64,000 nucleotides of DNA from Thermoplasmatota archaeon (GTDB taxonomy: Archaea; Thermoplasmatota; E2; DHVEG-1; B18-G2): NCBI GenBank assembly GCA_029259115.1, contig JAPDJO010000027.1:1-64000 (forward strand), written 5' to 3'. Shown here in pieces: positions 9,879 through 18,175 of the stretch. Below the pieces are notes generated by a model. It searched no databases. It saw only the letters and a list, made by a program, of their open reading frames with translations, and had not been told where the DNA came from. The translations under genes were made by a program, and so were the position numbers. Each line of letters begins with the position of its first letter. Position 1 is the stretch's first letter.

Positions 9879-10832
9879 ATGGAAACAGATAGAAAATTTG
9901 AGGATTTCTTCAGAAGGGTTCAAAAAGAGGTGCAGAGAGAGATTGAGAAGAGCATAAGGGATGAAAATATAAGATATGCTTTGCAAGGTGGAAAGCTTTT
10001 GAGACCGGTTATGCTGATGCTCTCATTCAAAGTCTGCGATGGTAAAAATTACAGAAAAGCTTTGGAGTCTGCGCTCGGTATAGAACTTGCTCATTCCGCG
10101 TCTCTCGTTCACGACGATATAATAGATAAAGATAATGAGAGAAGAGGAAGACCTTCCCTTCATGTAGAGAAGGGTCTTGAAGTAGCTATTCTGACTGGTC
10201 ATAGAATGATAAATGAGGCTTTCAGAATTGCTCTCAAACATGGAAAAAGAAATGCCTTTATCTTTCTTGACACATGGAATGAAACACTAGAGGGAGAATT
10301 GAAAGATGTGGAGATAACCTCTAAGCTAATGGATCATATAAAACGAGGAGATCTCCGCGAGTTGTCTGAGGAATATTTTAAAATAATAGATCTTAAAACC
10401 GCATCCCTGTTTTCGGCAGCCTGCAGGGCGGGAGCGATAGAGGCTAATGCATCTGAAGATTTAACAGAGTTGTTAGCAAGATATGGGAGAGAAGTTGGCA
10501 TATCGTATCAGCTTGCGGATGATCTTGTAGACATAATAAGTGGAAAATTTGATGAAGGTTTGGTTTTGCCTCTTGTTAGACTTTACAGAGGAAAAGAAAT
10601 TGAGATTGTAAAGATTGCTGAGGAAAACAACAAAATTTTATCAAATCTCATAATCAACAGAAAAGAGGATTTGAAGGAAATATATTTGGAGGAAATAAGA
10701 AAACATGTAAAAAACGCTGAAAAGTTAGCGTCTTCTGAAAAGATAAAAGATGGTCCATTCAAGGATATGTTGAGAGAAGCGCCTAGATATATAGTCAATA
10801 AAATGCTTGAAAACGTTGGTGTTGTAATATGA
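9879..10832 (+). CDS. Polyprenyl diphosphate synthase (GGPP synthase-like)
   Basis: GGKLLRP, SLVHDDIID...RRG, KTASLF and YQLADDLVD. Confidence 0.92.
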   Translation: METDRKFEDFFRRVQKEVQREIEKSIRDENIRYALQGGKLLRPVMLMLSFKVCDGKNYRKALESALGIELAHSASLVHDDIIDKDNERRGRPSLHVEKGLEVAILTGHRMINEAFRIALKHGKRNAFIFLDTWNETLEGELKDVEITSKLMDHIKRGDLRELSEEYFKIIDLKTASLFSAACRAGAIEANASEDLTELLARYGREVGISYQLADDLVDIISGKFDEGLVLPLVRLYRGKEIEIVKIAEENNKILSNLIINRKEDLKEIYLEEIRKHVKNAEKLASSEKIKDGPFKDMLREAPRYIVNKMLENVGVVI

Positions 10833-11497
10833 TAGAAATAGAGAAAAAAGGGATGTTATCTCCTTTCACGATACTCACATCCATATTAACTGGCGGTTTC
10901 TTCCCTTTGCTTGGCTCCTTCTTTGCCTCTATCTTTATCCATAGAGTATATTGGGAAGGGATCATATTAACATCTGTAGGAGGATTCGTGGCTCATTACT
11001 TCTTGGCTCATTCCATACATGACCTTTATCATTACAAGATAGAGAAAAGGGCTACGTTGAGTAAGAAATCTCTGAAGGTCATTTTTGCTATGTCTGTGAT
11101 TTTTCTCTTACTTATTGCCATATATCTAACCCTAAAATGTGGGTGGCCAGTTCTGATTTTCTCGATTATAGGAGCAATAGTTTGTATGTATGCAGAAGGT
11201 TTGTTACATCATGAATCTCAAATGGCATTCGGAGCCATGTTTCTAGTTATAGGATCCTTCTATGTTCAAGTTGGATATCCACATGGTATAAATGGAGCAA
11301 TAACTATAGGGTTTAAACCTTGGCTCGAGGCTATGCTTTTGTCCTTTTTTGCTTTCTTTAGCCAGTATGGTTGGCTTATGTTCTATCGCCTAGATGATTA
11401 TGAGTGGAACAGGGCGACAATAAACAAAAGCATAATATTAACCAAAACAGGTCTTGTCTTTCTAGTGCTTGTTTTTATGGTTCACGCCTTGCTGTAA
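10829..11497 (+). CDS. Membrane protein, possibly a degenerate UbiA/MenA-like prenyltransferase
   Basis: Multiple TM helices; AHSIHDLYHY resembles the MenA NxxNDyyD motif; ATGA-coupled to the prenyl synthase. Confidence 0.45.
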   Translation: MIEIEKKGMLSPFTILTSILTGGFFPLLGSFFASIFIHRVYWEGIILTSVGGFVAHYFLAHSIHDLYHYKIEKRATLSKKSLKVIFAMSVIFLLLIAIYLTLKCGWPVLIFSIIGAIVCMYAEGLLHHESQMAFGAMFLVIGSFYVQVGYPHGINGAITIGFKPWLEAMLLSFFAFFSQYGWLMFYRLDDYEWNRATINKSIILTKTGLVFLVLVFMVHALL

Positions 11498-11501
11498 GAT
11501 T

Positions 11502-11891
11502 TTAAATTCGATGATAGAGGTGGTTAGTCACTCTTTTCATATAATCTGGATCGTCTTCCTTCTTCAACCTCCCTCCGAAGTATTTCTTATTAAGAGATTT
11601 AATTGTCCCAGATGTCCCTATGGTTTCGATCTTTACACGTTGATTTCCTATCCTCTCTATAGATTTGAGTAGACCTATCACATCATCTTTGTAAAGATGG
11701 TAACAATGGACTATACCCTCCCTCCCGTTGAATCTGGTCAATCTCAAACCAACCTCTTTAGATCTATTACCGAAAATCTCTAGAGATTTATTTCTAATGG
11801 CTTTCTTTACTTCTTCTCTGCTAAGCGCTCTATCTGGCTCTCTTATAACGAAACCAATGTATCGATGCCTTTTCTTTCTATTCTGACTCAA
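11502..11891 (-). CDS. rnp2: RNase P protein component 2 (Pop5/Rpp14)
   Basis: RHRYIGF, GIVHC and TIGTSGTIK motifs. Start uncertain (TTG 11891 proposed; ORF track gives 11936). Confidence 0.85.
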   Translation of the reverse strand: MSQNRKKRHRYIGFVIREPDRALSREEVKKAIRNKSLEIFGNRSKEVGLRLTRFNGREGIVHCYHLYKDDVIGLLKSIERIGNQRVKIETIGTSGTIKSLNKKYFGGRLKKEDDPDYMKRVTNHLYHRI

Positions 11892-12615
11892 TGCGGGGTG
11901 CAAGAAGATAAGTGGCGCGAGCATTCTTATCAGCAAATTCGAACTCCAGTTTAACCGGGTTATCGTTACCCAGGTATATCGTTAAAGGCTCATCTCCTTT
12001 GACAGGTTTTATCATACTACTGAAATAGTCTATGGAAAACAAACTTCTGCATTTTTCTGGAGCGTTTAGATCTATCAATAGATCCTTTGGCAGCTTTAAG
12101 TTAACTGTGTCTGTGTCTCCCTCAGCAAAAAGTTCAAATGCATCTTGAGTAGCAAGTAGTGCTATATGATCTGAAACTGCCTCAGAGGCTTTTACCCCCT
12201 GATGTAGCTCAGATGCTTTTAAGGTTATCTTAGCTGGAAGGTTGAGACTCGGAACCTTTGGCTCGGTCATTCCAGTTGTATCTATCAATCCTATCTTTCT
12301 AACCAAGTTACCAATCCTGACGATCAACTTGTTTGATATTTCATCGAATTCTAGAGATACTGTATCATTAGAGCTTGCAAGCTTCATGATGCTGCCAAGC
12401 TTGTCTAGATCTATCCCTATCTCCATCTCGTCAGCTTTGTATTCTTCGAATGCAGAAGCTCTTATCTCTAGATCTACCATAGCTACGTGAGCAGGATCTA
12501 CAGCTCTCAGACTAATACCATTTGGCGTTACATTCAGTTTCACTTCATTAACAAGTGGAGACACTATATCTATCATCTTTTTTAGGGTTTCTGCCTTTAT
12601 TTTTGCTTGAAACAT
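11878..12615 (-). CDS. pcn: PCNA sliding clamp
   Basis: MFQAKI, RAVDPAHVAMV and YLLAPRIE; SD GAGGAGGAG precedes ATG 12615. Confidence 0.97.
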   Translation of the reverse strand: MFQAKIKAETLKKMIDIVSPLVNEVKLNVTPNGISLRAVDPAHVAMVDLEIRASAFEEYKADEMEIGIDLDKLGSIMKLASSNDTVSLEFDEISNKLIVRIGNLVRKIGLIDTTGMTEPKVPSLNLPAKITLKASELHQGVKASEAVSDHIALLATQDAFELFAEGDTDTVNLKLPKDLLIDLNAPEKCRSLFSIDYFSSMIKPVKGDEPLTIYLGNDNPVKLEFEFADKNARATYLLAPRIESE

Positions 12616-12674
12616 CTTCTCCTCCTCGCAAAAACCTAATTTGCTGAGAATAATACAATCTCTGTTTATAATGA

Positions 12675-12693
12675 TGACGGTCTTTTGACTCAA
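12675..12693. repeat. 19-bp direct repeat, copy 1 (TGACGGTCTTTTGACTCAA)
   Basis: Identical to 13635-13653; ends 1 bp before the stop codon of the enclosed gene. Confidence 0.92.
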
Positions 12694-12694
12694 C

Positions 12695-13588
12695 TTACCT
12701 TAAAACTATTTTTCTTCCGCTTCGATGAATAATTATCTCCTGAGTACGACCTTTACGTCTGATGTGTGCCGGAATTACAATAACTGTAGCACCCAACAGC
12801 CTGAGTTGTTTTTTGAAAAAATCTAGATCAATGTTCTTACCCACATCGAACAAAACAGCTATAACCTTTTTAAAGTAAAGTATATCTGTCTGGACTTCAC
12901 CCAGTAAATTTTTCAAAATACCCTTATTTTCGGCTACTTTAATCTCTATAGCGATCTCATCATTTACCACAACATCTGCCTTACCATGCTCAAAAGGATA
13001 TTCAAGCCTTACCGCATTTCTTCCAATCTTCCCAGCAATCCACCGCGCCAACTGATCTCTAAGATTTTTCTCCTCTTTGACCACACCCAATGGTTCAAAC
13101 TCCATTATGATTTGCACTAATTTATCAGAGTCTCTATCAACTTTAAGATCGTCTTCGTCTGCCTCTTCTGCTCTCTTTATTATATCATGATACTGCCTTT
13201 TCTCCTTTCCTCTTTTTTCCTCTGTCTTGAAAAGCTCTTCTCTATATTTTTCTAATTCTTCCAACACATCTCGGTATCGTACTTTGTATCTTCTAGCTAA
13301 ATTCAGAATTTCTCTAAAGCTAAGATTAGATGCCATGGCATCCACGATCTCACCTTTTGTTCTAAAATAATATCTTTCCTCAGTAAGGGGATCTTCATCA
13401 TACAATTCTATACTTCTAGAAATTGCTATTGATTTAAGTTGATTAACTGTAAATCTTGACAAAATTTCTGCTTTAGCCTCTTTAACTTTAATGCGCCATT
13501 TTATTTCCTTAGCAACTCTACTAACAGCTTTTCTGGCGGCCTGTCCCATTTTTTTAAAAGCACCGATGAAACTTATCTTTTGCTTCAT
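12695..13588 (-). CDS. Helical N-terminus plus PD-(D/E)xK restriction-endonuclease-like C-terminal domain
   Basis: EKNLRDQL...LEYPFEHGKADVVVNDEIAIEIK matches the E...D...ExK pattern. Confidence 0.7.
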   Translation of the reverse strand: MKQKISFIGAFKKMGQAARKAVSRVAKEIKWRIKVKEAKAEILSRFTVNQLKSIAISRSIELYDEDPLTEERYYFRTKGEIVDAMASNLSFREILNLARRYKVRYRDVLEELEKYREELFKTEEKRGKEKRQYHDIIKRAEEADEDDLKVDRDSDKLVQIIMEFEPLGVVKEEKNLRDQLARWIAGKIGRNAVRLEYPFEHGKADVVVNDEIAIEIKVAENKGILKNLLGEVQTDILYFKKVIAVLFDVGKNIDLDFFKKQLRLLGATVIVIPAHIRRKGRTQEIIIHRSGRKIVLR

Positions 13589-13634
13589 ACGGTAATTAAT
13601 ATATTCTATGATTTATTTTAAACTTTTTAAGATT

Positions 13635-13653
13635 TGACGGTCTTTTGACTCAA
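13635..13653. repeat. 19-bp direct repeat, copy 2
   Basis: Identical to 12675-12693, 960 bp apart. Confidence 0.92.
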
Positions 13654-13756
13654 ATGCAATTGATTGATGATTCCTTACTAACTATCTTTCAGAAAATACT
13701 TAATACAAGAAATCGATGCGATATAGCAAACCGTGGGTGGAGGTGGTGATGGTAAG

Positions 13757-15535
13757 ATGAAACTATTAGATAAATTTGTAGTAGTTACGCTTTTGTTGAC
13801 CGCTGTCTATCCAGTTGCACTCGGAACAACTGTCTTTATTGGAGGATGTCATGCAGATGTAGATATAGACAAAACGGTATGGGATGGAAGTAATTGGGTT
13901 GACAGCATTAATATATGCTTGGATGAGAATGTAGAATTTAAAATAGTTGTCACCAATAGTGGAGATGGGAGTCTAAGTAATCTACATATAACCGATGATC
14001 TACCAGACTTTTTGACTTATAATAATGATGCGTCAATGGTACCGAGCTCGTACTCAGATCACTATATCGAATGGCATGTAGATGAGCTTGCAGAAGGAGA
14101 AAATATAGTAATAACATTTAGCGCCAGAGCTACATCAACTGGCGAAGGTGACAATATTGCATCTGTTGAAGGTTCAGGAGGAGGGTTTGAGGGGTTAAGT
14201 CCTGGCTTCTGGAAAAATCACCCTGATGATTGGTATGGGTACTCCCCATCAACTACAATCGGAGAGGTTTTTGATCTCCCAGATGAACTTAGTGAGCTTT
14301 CATCAAAAACATTCATGGAGGCTTTGAACTTCCATGGCGGTCCCGATGTGGTTGATAAGGCGAAGCTTCTTTTACGACAAGCTGTAGCAGCACTACTCAA
14401 TGCAGCACATCCAGGTATAAACTATCCTCTCTCACAGAATGAAATAATTAGCCAAGTTAATGATGCTTTAGCTACACTAGACCCGGACACTATTCTCGAT
14501 CTTAAAGATACTCTAGAGGATTACAACAACCTTGGTGGCGATTTTGATGACGATGAAGTATCTGATTCCGACAGTGCTCACGTAAAGGTAGAGCAGTGCG
14601 GAAACCCTGATGTGGAGATTGTTAAGAAGGTGTGGGATGGAAGTAATTGGGTTGACAGTGTAACTGTTAATGTTGGAGAGGATGTGAAGTTCAAGATAAC
14701 TGTTACAAATACTGGGGATGTTCCTCTAGATACATATGTCAAGGTGTCTGATGATCTGCCAGATTTCTTGACTTACAACAATGATGCAAATCCAACACCT
14801 ACATCTTCATCTGCACATCATATTGAGTGGAATAATCTTGCACCACTTGGTGTTGGAGAGAGTGTTACAATAACGTTTTCTGCACATGCTGACTCTACAG
14901 GTGAAGCAGATAATGTTGCATCTGTTAGAGCTAAATACGACTGTAATCCAGAGGTGACTGATTCTGATACTGCTCATGTGAAAGTCAGATGTAAAGATAA
15001 TTCTCCTCCAAACAAACCTGCAAAACCTTGTGGTCCGACATGTGGACGGGTTAACATAGAATACACCTACATTGTCGTGACAACAGATCCTGATGGAGAT
15101 ATGGTATATTACTTTGTAGACTGGGGAGATGGAACAAACAGTGGATGGATAGGACCATATGAAAGCGGTAAGATGGTAAAAGTTAAACATAGATGGACTC
15201 AACAAGGCTACTATCAAATAAAGGTAAAAGCCAAAGACATATATGGCGAGGAAAGCGAGTGGTCTGATCCCTTGCCAATAACAATGCCAAAAAGCAAAGA
15301 TGACCAAAAAGATGATGATCAAGCAGATGGAAAAACAAAACGTTTCGGTATCATAACAAATATTCTCAAGAATATACAGCGGTTCTCGTCGAATAGAAAC
15401 GCCAAGACCTTCAACACAGTGATCTCAAAATTAATAGAACGCTTCCAAAATATGCACAATGTAAACCAAGAAAAGGAATTTGTTTCACCGCGGAATAGCA
15501 TCCGTAAAATCTACAGTTCTTTTATCAACGATTGA
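13757..15535 (+). CDS. Secreted protein: two DUF11-like Ig repeats, inserted 'PGFWKNH' helical domain, PKD-like domain
   Basis: Signal peptide. Repeat KxVWDGSNWVDS...FKIxVTNxG...DDLPDFLTY, also near-identical in DNA at ~13880 and ~14633. YFVDWGDG. Likely start ATG 13757. Confidence 0.8.
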   Translation: MKLLDKFVVVTLLLTAVYPVALGTTVFIGGCHADVDIDKTVWDGSNWVDSINICLDENVEFKIVVTNSGDGSLSNLHITDDLPDFLTYNNDASMVPSSYSDHYIEWHVDELAEGENIVITFSARATSTGEGDNIASVEGSGGGFEGLSPGFWKNHPDDWYGYSPSTTIGEVFDLPDELSELSSKTFMEALNFHGGPDVVDKAKLLLRQAVAALLNAAHPGINYPLSQNEIISQVNDALATLDPDTILDLKDTLEDYNNLGGDFDDDEVSDSDSAHVKVEQCGNPDVEIVKKVWDGSNWVDSVTVNVGEDVKFKITVTNTGDVPLDTYVKVSDDLPDFLTYNNDANPTPTSSSAHHIEWNNLAPLGVGESVTITFSAHADSTGEADNVASVRAKYDCNPEVTDSDTAHVKVRCKDNSPPNKPAKPCGPTCGRVNIEYTYIVVTTDPDGDMVYYFVDWGDGTNSGWIGPYESGKMVKVKHRWTQQGYYQIKVKAKDIYGEESEWSDPLPITMPKSKDDQKDDDQADGKTKRFGIITNILKNIQRFSSNRNAKTFNTVISKLIERFQNMHNVNQEKEFVSPRNSIRKIYSSFIND

Positions 15536-15567
15536 TAGAGATTTGATCAACAGTGTTTCCAGCAAGA

Positions 15568-15640
15568 TGGGCTCGGCCGGATTCGAACCGGCGACCTCCG
15601 CCTCGTCAAGGCGACGTCATAACCCCTAGACTACGAGCCC
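15568..15640 (-). tRNA. tRNA-Val(GAC)
   Basis: GGGCTCG...TCGCC-TTGACGA-GGCGG...GCCGG-TTCGAAT-CCGGC-CGAGCCC-A. Confidence 0.97.
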
Positions 15641-15717
15641 GACAAATCAAAGATAGGATTTTTCCTTTTAAATTTAGTGATGAAAAGTTAATTAAGGTTT
15701 AAATTTTTACAGATTCG

Positions 15718-16272
15718 ATGGTTGGGGAGGAGTACAAGGAAAGCACTATATATAAACTTGTTAAACTCCTTAAAGAGAATGTTTTGAGGATCCTCATCAT
15801 TCTAAGAGAGGAAGAAAAGTTGAGATGGAAAGAAATACAAGAGAAAACAGATCTACCTGTAGCTACTCTGAATAGATCTCTAGCAGCTTTGAAGGACTTG
15901 CACTTTATAATGAAGGAAGGCGAATTTTACAGATTAACATGGACTGGGAGGCTTGCCTTAGATGGATTATTCCTATTAGGTTTGAGGATAGGGGAATTTC
16001 CATCCAGCGAAAAGATTGAGGATATAGTTGCTGAGAGATTGTTGGCTAGAGACGTGGTCCTCGCTATCCTCATAATACTATTTGCGAGTTTGAAGATAAG
16101 AGGAAGATTAGATATCAAAGAGTTTGAGAATGCCCTCGATGAAGAAAGAAAAGTTATTTACAAGATAATTGGCGATTTCGAGAAGGAAGGTTTATTAAAG
16201 TTTGATGGAAAAGTCGTAGAGGCTACGGATAAACTCAAAGAGATGGGATTAGTAGATATTCTATCACTCTAG
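15718..16272 (+). CDS. Winged-helix transcriptional regulator
   Basis: LRWKEIQEKTDLPVATLNRSLAALKD...YRLTWTG HTH plus wing. Confidence 0.75.
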   Translation: MVGEEYKESTIYKLVKLLKENVLRILIILREEEKLRWKEIQEKTDLPVATLNRSLAALKDLHFIMKEGEFYRLTWTGRLALDGLFLLGLRIGEFPSSEKIEDIVAERLLARDVVLAILIILFASLKIRGRLDIKEFENALDEERKVIYKIIGDFEKEGLLKFDGKVVEATDKLKEMGLVDILSL

Positions 16273-17613
16273 CCTAACCCTAGATATTACCGTCGGTGGA
16301 AGAGAGGGACCAGAGGGATTCTCTATCTTCTCTACTTCCTTTACTTCCACTCTTATACCTTTCCCAAACAGTTTCCTGTATCCTTCCTCTATATCTTTGA
16401 GTAATTTTTCTTTTTCTCTAGTTTCTCCCCTAAACTTGAGTCTTATCTCTACCCTATCCATCTTCTCCTGATAGAATTGAAACCTTTCCAGATTTGTGAC
16501 ATTGAATTTCTCTAAGGATTCTATCAATGGTAAAGGTGCACTAGCTGGGGGTATAACCCTTCTATCTGGCAGAACTATCGATTCTCTTTTCCTTCCCTCC
16601 AAACTTTTGATTATGGGGGTATTGATCCCACATTCGCAATCTTCATCCGATAAGGATACCATATCGGCTAAACCAGAATATCTGATTATGGGAACACCCA
16701 CCGGTAAAAGTTTAGTTATAACTGCATTACCAATCTTACCTTCTTCATCAACGGTTTCAAGATATATAAGATCCGCATTTACATGCATCTTTCCCTCTAG
16801 GCATTCAAATGCTGTGATTGCACCTTCCGTTGATGCATACAAATTTTTTACCTCTGCATCAAAAGCATCCTCGATAAGTTTTCTAGAGTATTTATCTAGA
16901 ATCTCCCCACTCGATATGATGTATTTTGGCCTAATATCTTCTCCTAGACCTTCTTTCCTAAGAAATGCAAGGTTTACTAGCACACTTGTATAGCCTATTA
17001 TAACATCTGGCTTGAATTCACTCAGTCTTTTGATTAAAATCTCCCCACTCTCATTCACAGATAGCATTTGGTGCTCTCCTAGCAATTTCATGGACATTGC
17101 TTTTTCAGCAAGATCTCTATATATTTCTTCGTCACTCGATCCAGGTATAGAAAAATCACCTATGTTCGATACTCTAGCTTTCCTCCAATTAAGACCGTAA
17201 GCCTTGAGGATTCTTAATCCGTAGATCGAGTTTATCGTACTCTCATAAAGAGGGAAGAAAAGGATTATAGGTTTTCCAGATGAACCTGATGTACTTACCT
17301 TGTATCCCATTTTGTCTCTGTACTTCCTTGGAAGGATTTCTTCAAGAGATTTGCTGGCTAATTCCTCTTTACTTACAAGAGGAAGATTTTTGGAGTCTTC
17401 TAACCCCCTAATTTTCTCTATATCCACCCCTGCAGCGTCATACTTCTTCCTGTAAAATATAGTTTTGTGATAGGCGTATCTCAATACCTTTAAAAACATC
17501 TTTTCTTGGTATCTCTTCATCTCGTCTTTATTCAACTTCCATATTCTACCCATTATGCTAAAATAATTCCAAGCTAGTTTAGATAGTAGTATTGGATTAA
17601 GCAAAGGATTCAC
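16264..17613 (-). CDS. PaaK/CapK/F390-synthetase-like adenylate-forming ligase
   Basis: FYRKKY, STSGSSGKP, SSGE, YASTEG, PIIRY and EGRK. Confidence 0.88.
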   Translation of the reverse strand: MNPLLNPILLSKLAWNYFSIMGRIWKLNKDEMKRYQEKMFLKVLRYAYHKTIFYRKKYDAAGVDIEKIRGLEDSKNLPLVSKEELASKSLEEILPRKYRDKMGYKVSTSGSSGKPIILFFPLYESTINSIYGLRILKAYGLNWRKARVSNIGDFSIPGSSDEEIYRDLAEKAMSMKLLGEHQMLSVNESGEILIKRLSEFKPDVIIGYTSVLVNLAFLRKEGLGEDIRPKYIISSGEILDKYSRKLIEDAFDAEVKNLYASTEGAITAFECLEGKMHVNADLIYLETVDEEGKIGNAVITKLLPVGVPIIRYSGLADMVSLSDEDCECGINTPIIKSLEGRKRESIVLPDRRVIPPASAPLPLIESLEKFNVTNLERFQFYQEKMDRVEIRLKFRGETREKEKLLKDIEEGYRKLFGKGIRVEVKEVEKIENPSGPSLPPTVISRVRLE

Positions 17614-17617
17614 AATA

Positions 17618-18175
17618 TCACCTCTTGATTAGAATTACAGATTCAGTCCCATCCTTTCTCTTTTTTCTATCCAAGATTTCTAAATTCCTTACATTCAGCT
17701 CCTCTTTACCAAATACTAGAGAAAATGATCCTGCCGTCCTACAGACTATATAGGTTCCTTTTTTTGCATCCTTAGAGATCTTTTCGAGGATTTCTTTTTT
17801 GGGTTCTGTTCCAAGAGCAACGACTATAAGATTAAAATTCTCAAGATCTGTATCTTTACCATCTGCGTGTTTTATTTCCACATTTCTTAGTTGATATCTC
17901 TCAATAATTTTTTTAGCTGCATCAGCAGCATCTTTGTCTCTATCTATGCCGACTATATTCCATTTTTTTATCTTAGCTAAACTTACAACTGTATTAGGTA
18001 TAGATCCACATCCTATAACCAGAACATTGGATTCATCTTTGATTGGGATTGACGAAAATTCATCTATAATTATCTTGTCCTGGATTGTGATATACAGTTT
18101 TGTTAGCAACCAAGATCTAGAGAATATCTTTTCGAGAACTCTAAGATACTTATTGTGAAGGGATTGCAGTGCCAT
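17618..18175 (-). CDS. SAM-dependent enzyme, nicotianamine-synthase-like
   Basis: VLVIGCGSIPNT, GIDRD and VVALGTEPKKEIL...IVCRT resemble the NAS/CntL Rossmann domain. Confidence 0.65.
   Translation of the reverse strand: MALQSLHNKYLRVLEKIFSRSWLLTKLYITIQDKIIIDEFSSIPIKDESNVLVIGCGSIPNTVVSLAKIKKWNIVGIDRDKDAADAAKKIIERYQLRNVEIKHADGKDTDLENFNLIVVALGTEPKKEILEKISKDAKKGTYIVCRTAGSFSLVFGKEELNVRNLEILDRKKRKDGTESVILIKR

Noticed and set aside
12616-12693. N-terminal extension of PCNA in the ORF track (similar extensions for rfcL, ftsZ, nop10, aIF2gamma and 57080)
   Set aside because: Downstream starts match family N-termini, usually with an SD or a stop/start overlap; the extensions are longest-ORF artefacts.
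13880-14790. Near-identical DNA stretches (TGGGATGGAAGTAATTGGGTTGACAG etc.) as a mobile or regulatory repeat
   Set aside because: Explained by the intragenic duplication of the DUF11 domain.
15568-15640. tRNA-Val (and tRNA-Ser at 56537-56620) as att sites of integrated elements
   Set aside because: Accessory genes lie 3' of both, but I found no duplicated tRNA 3' end or integrase in the window.
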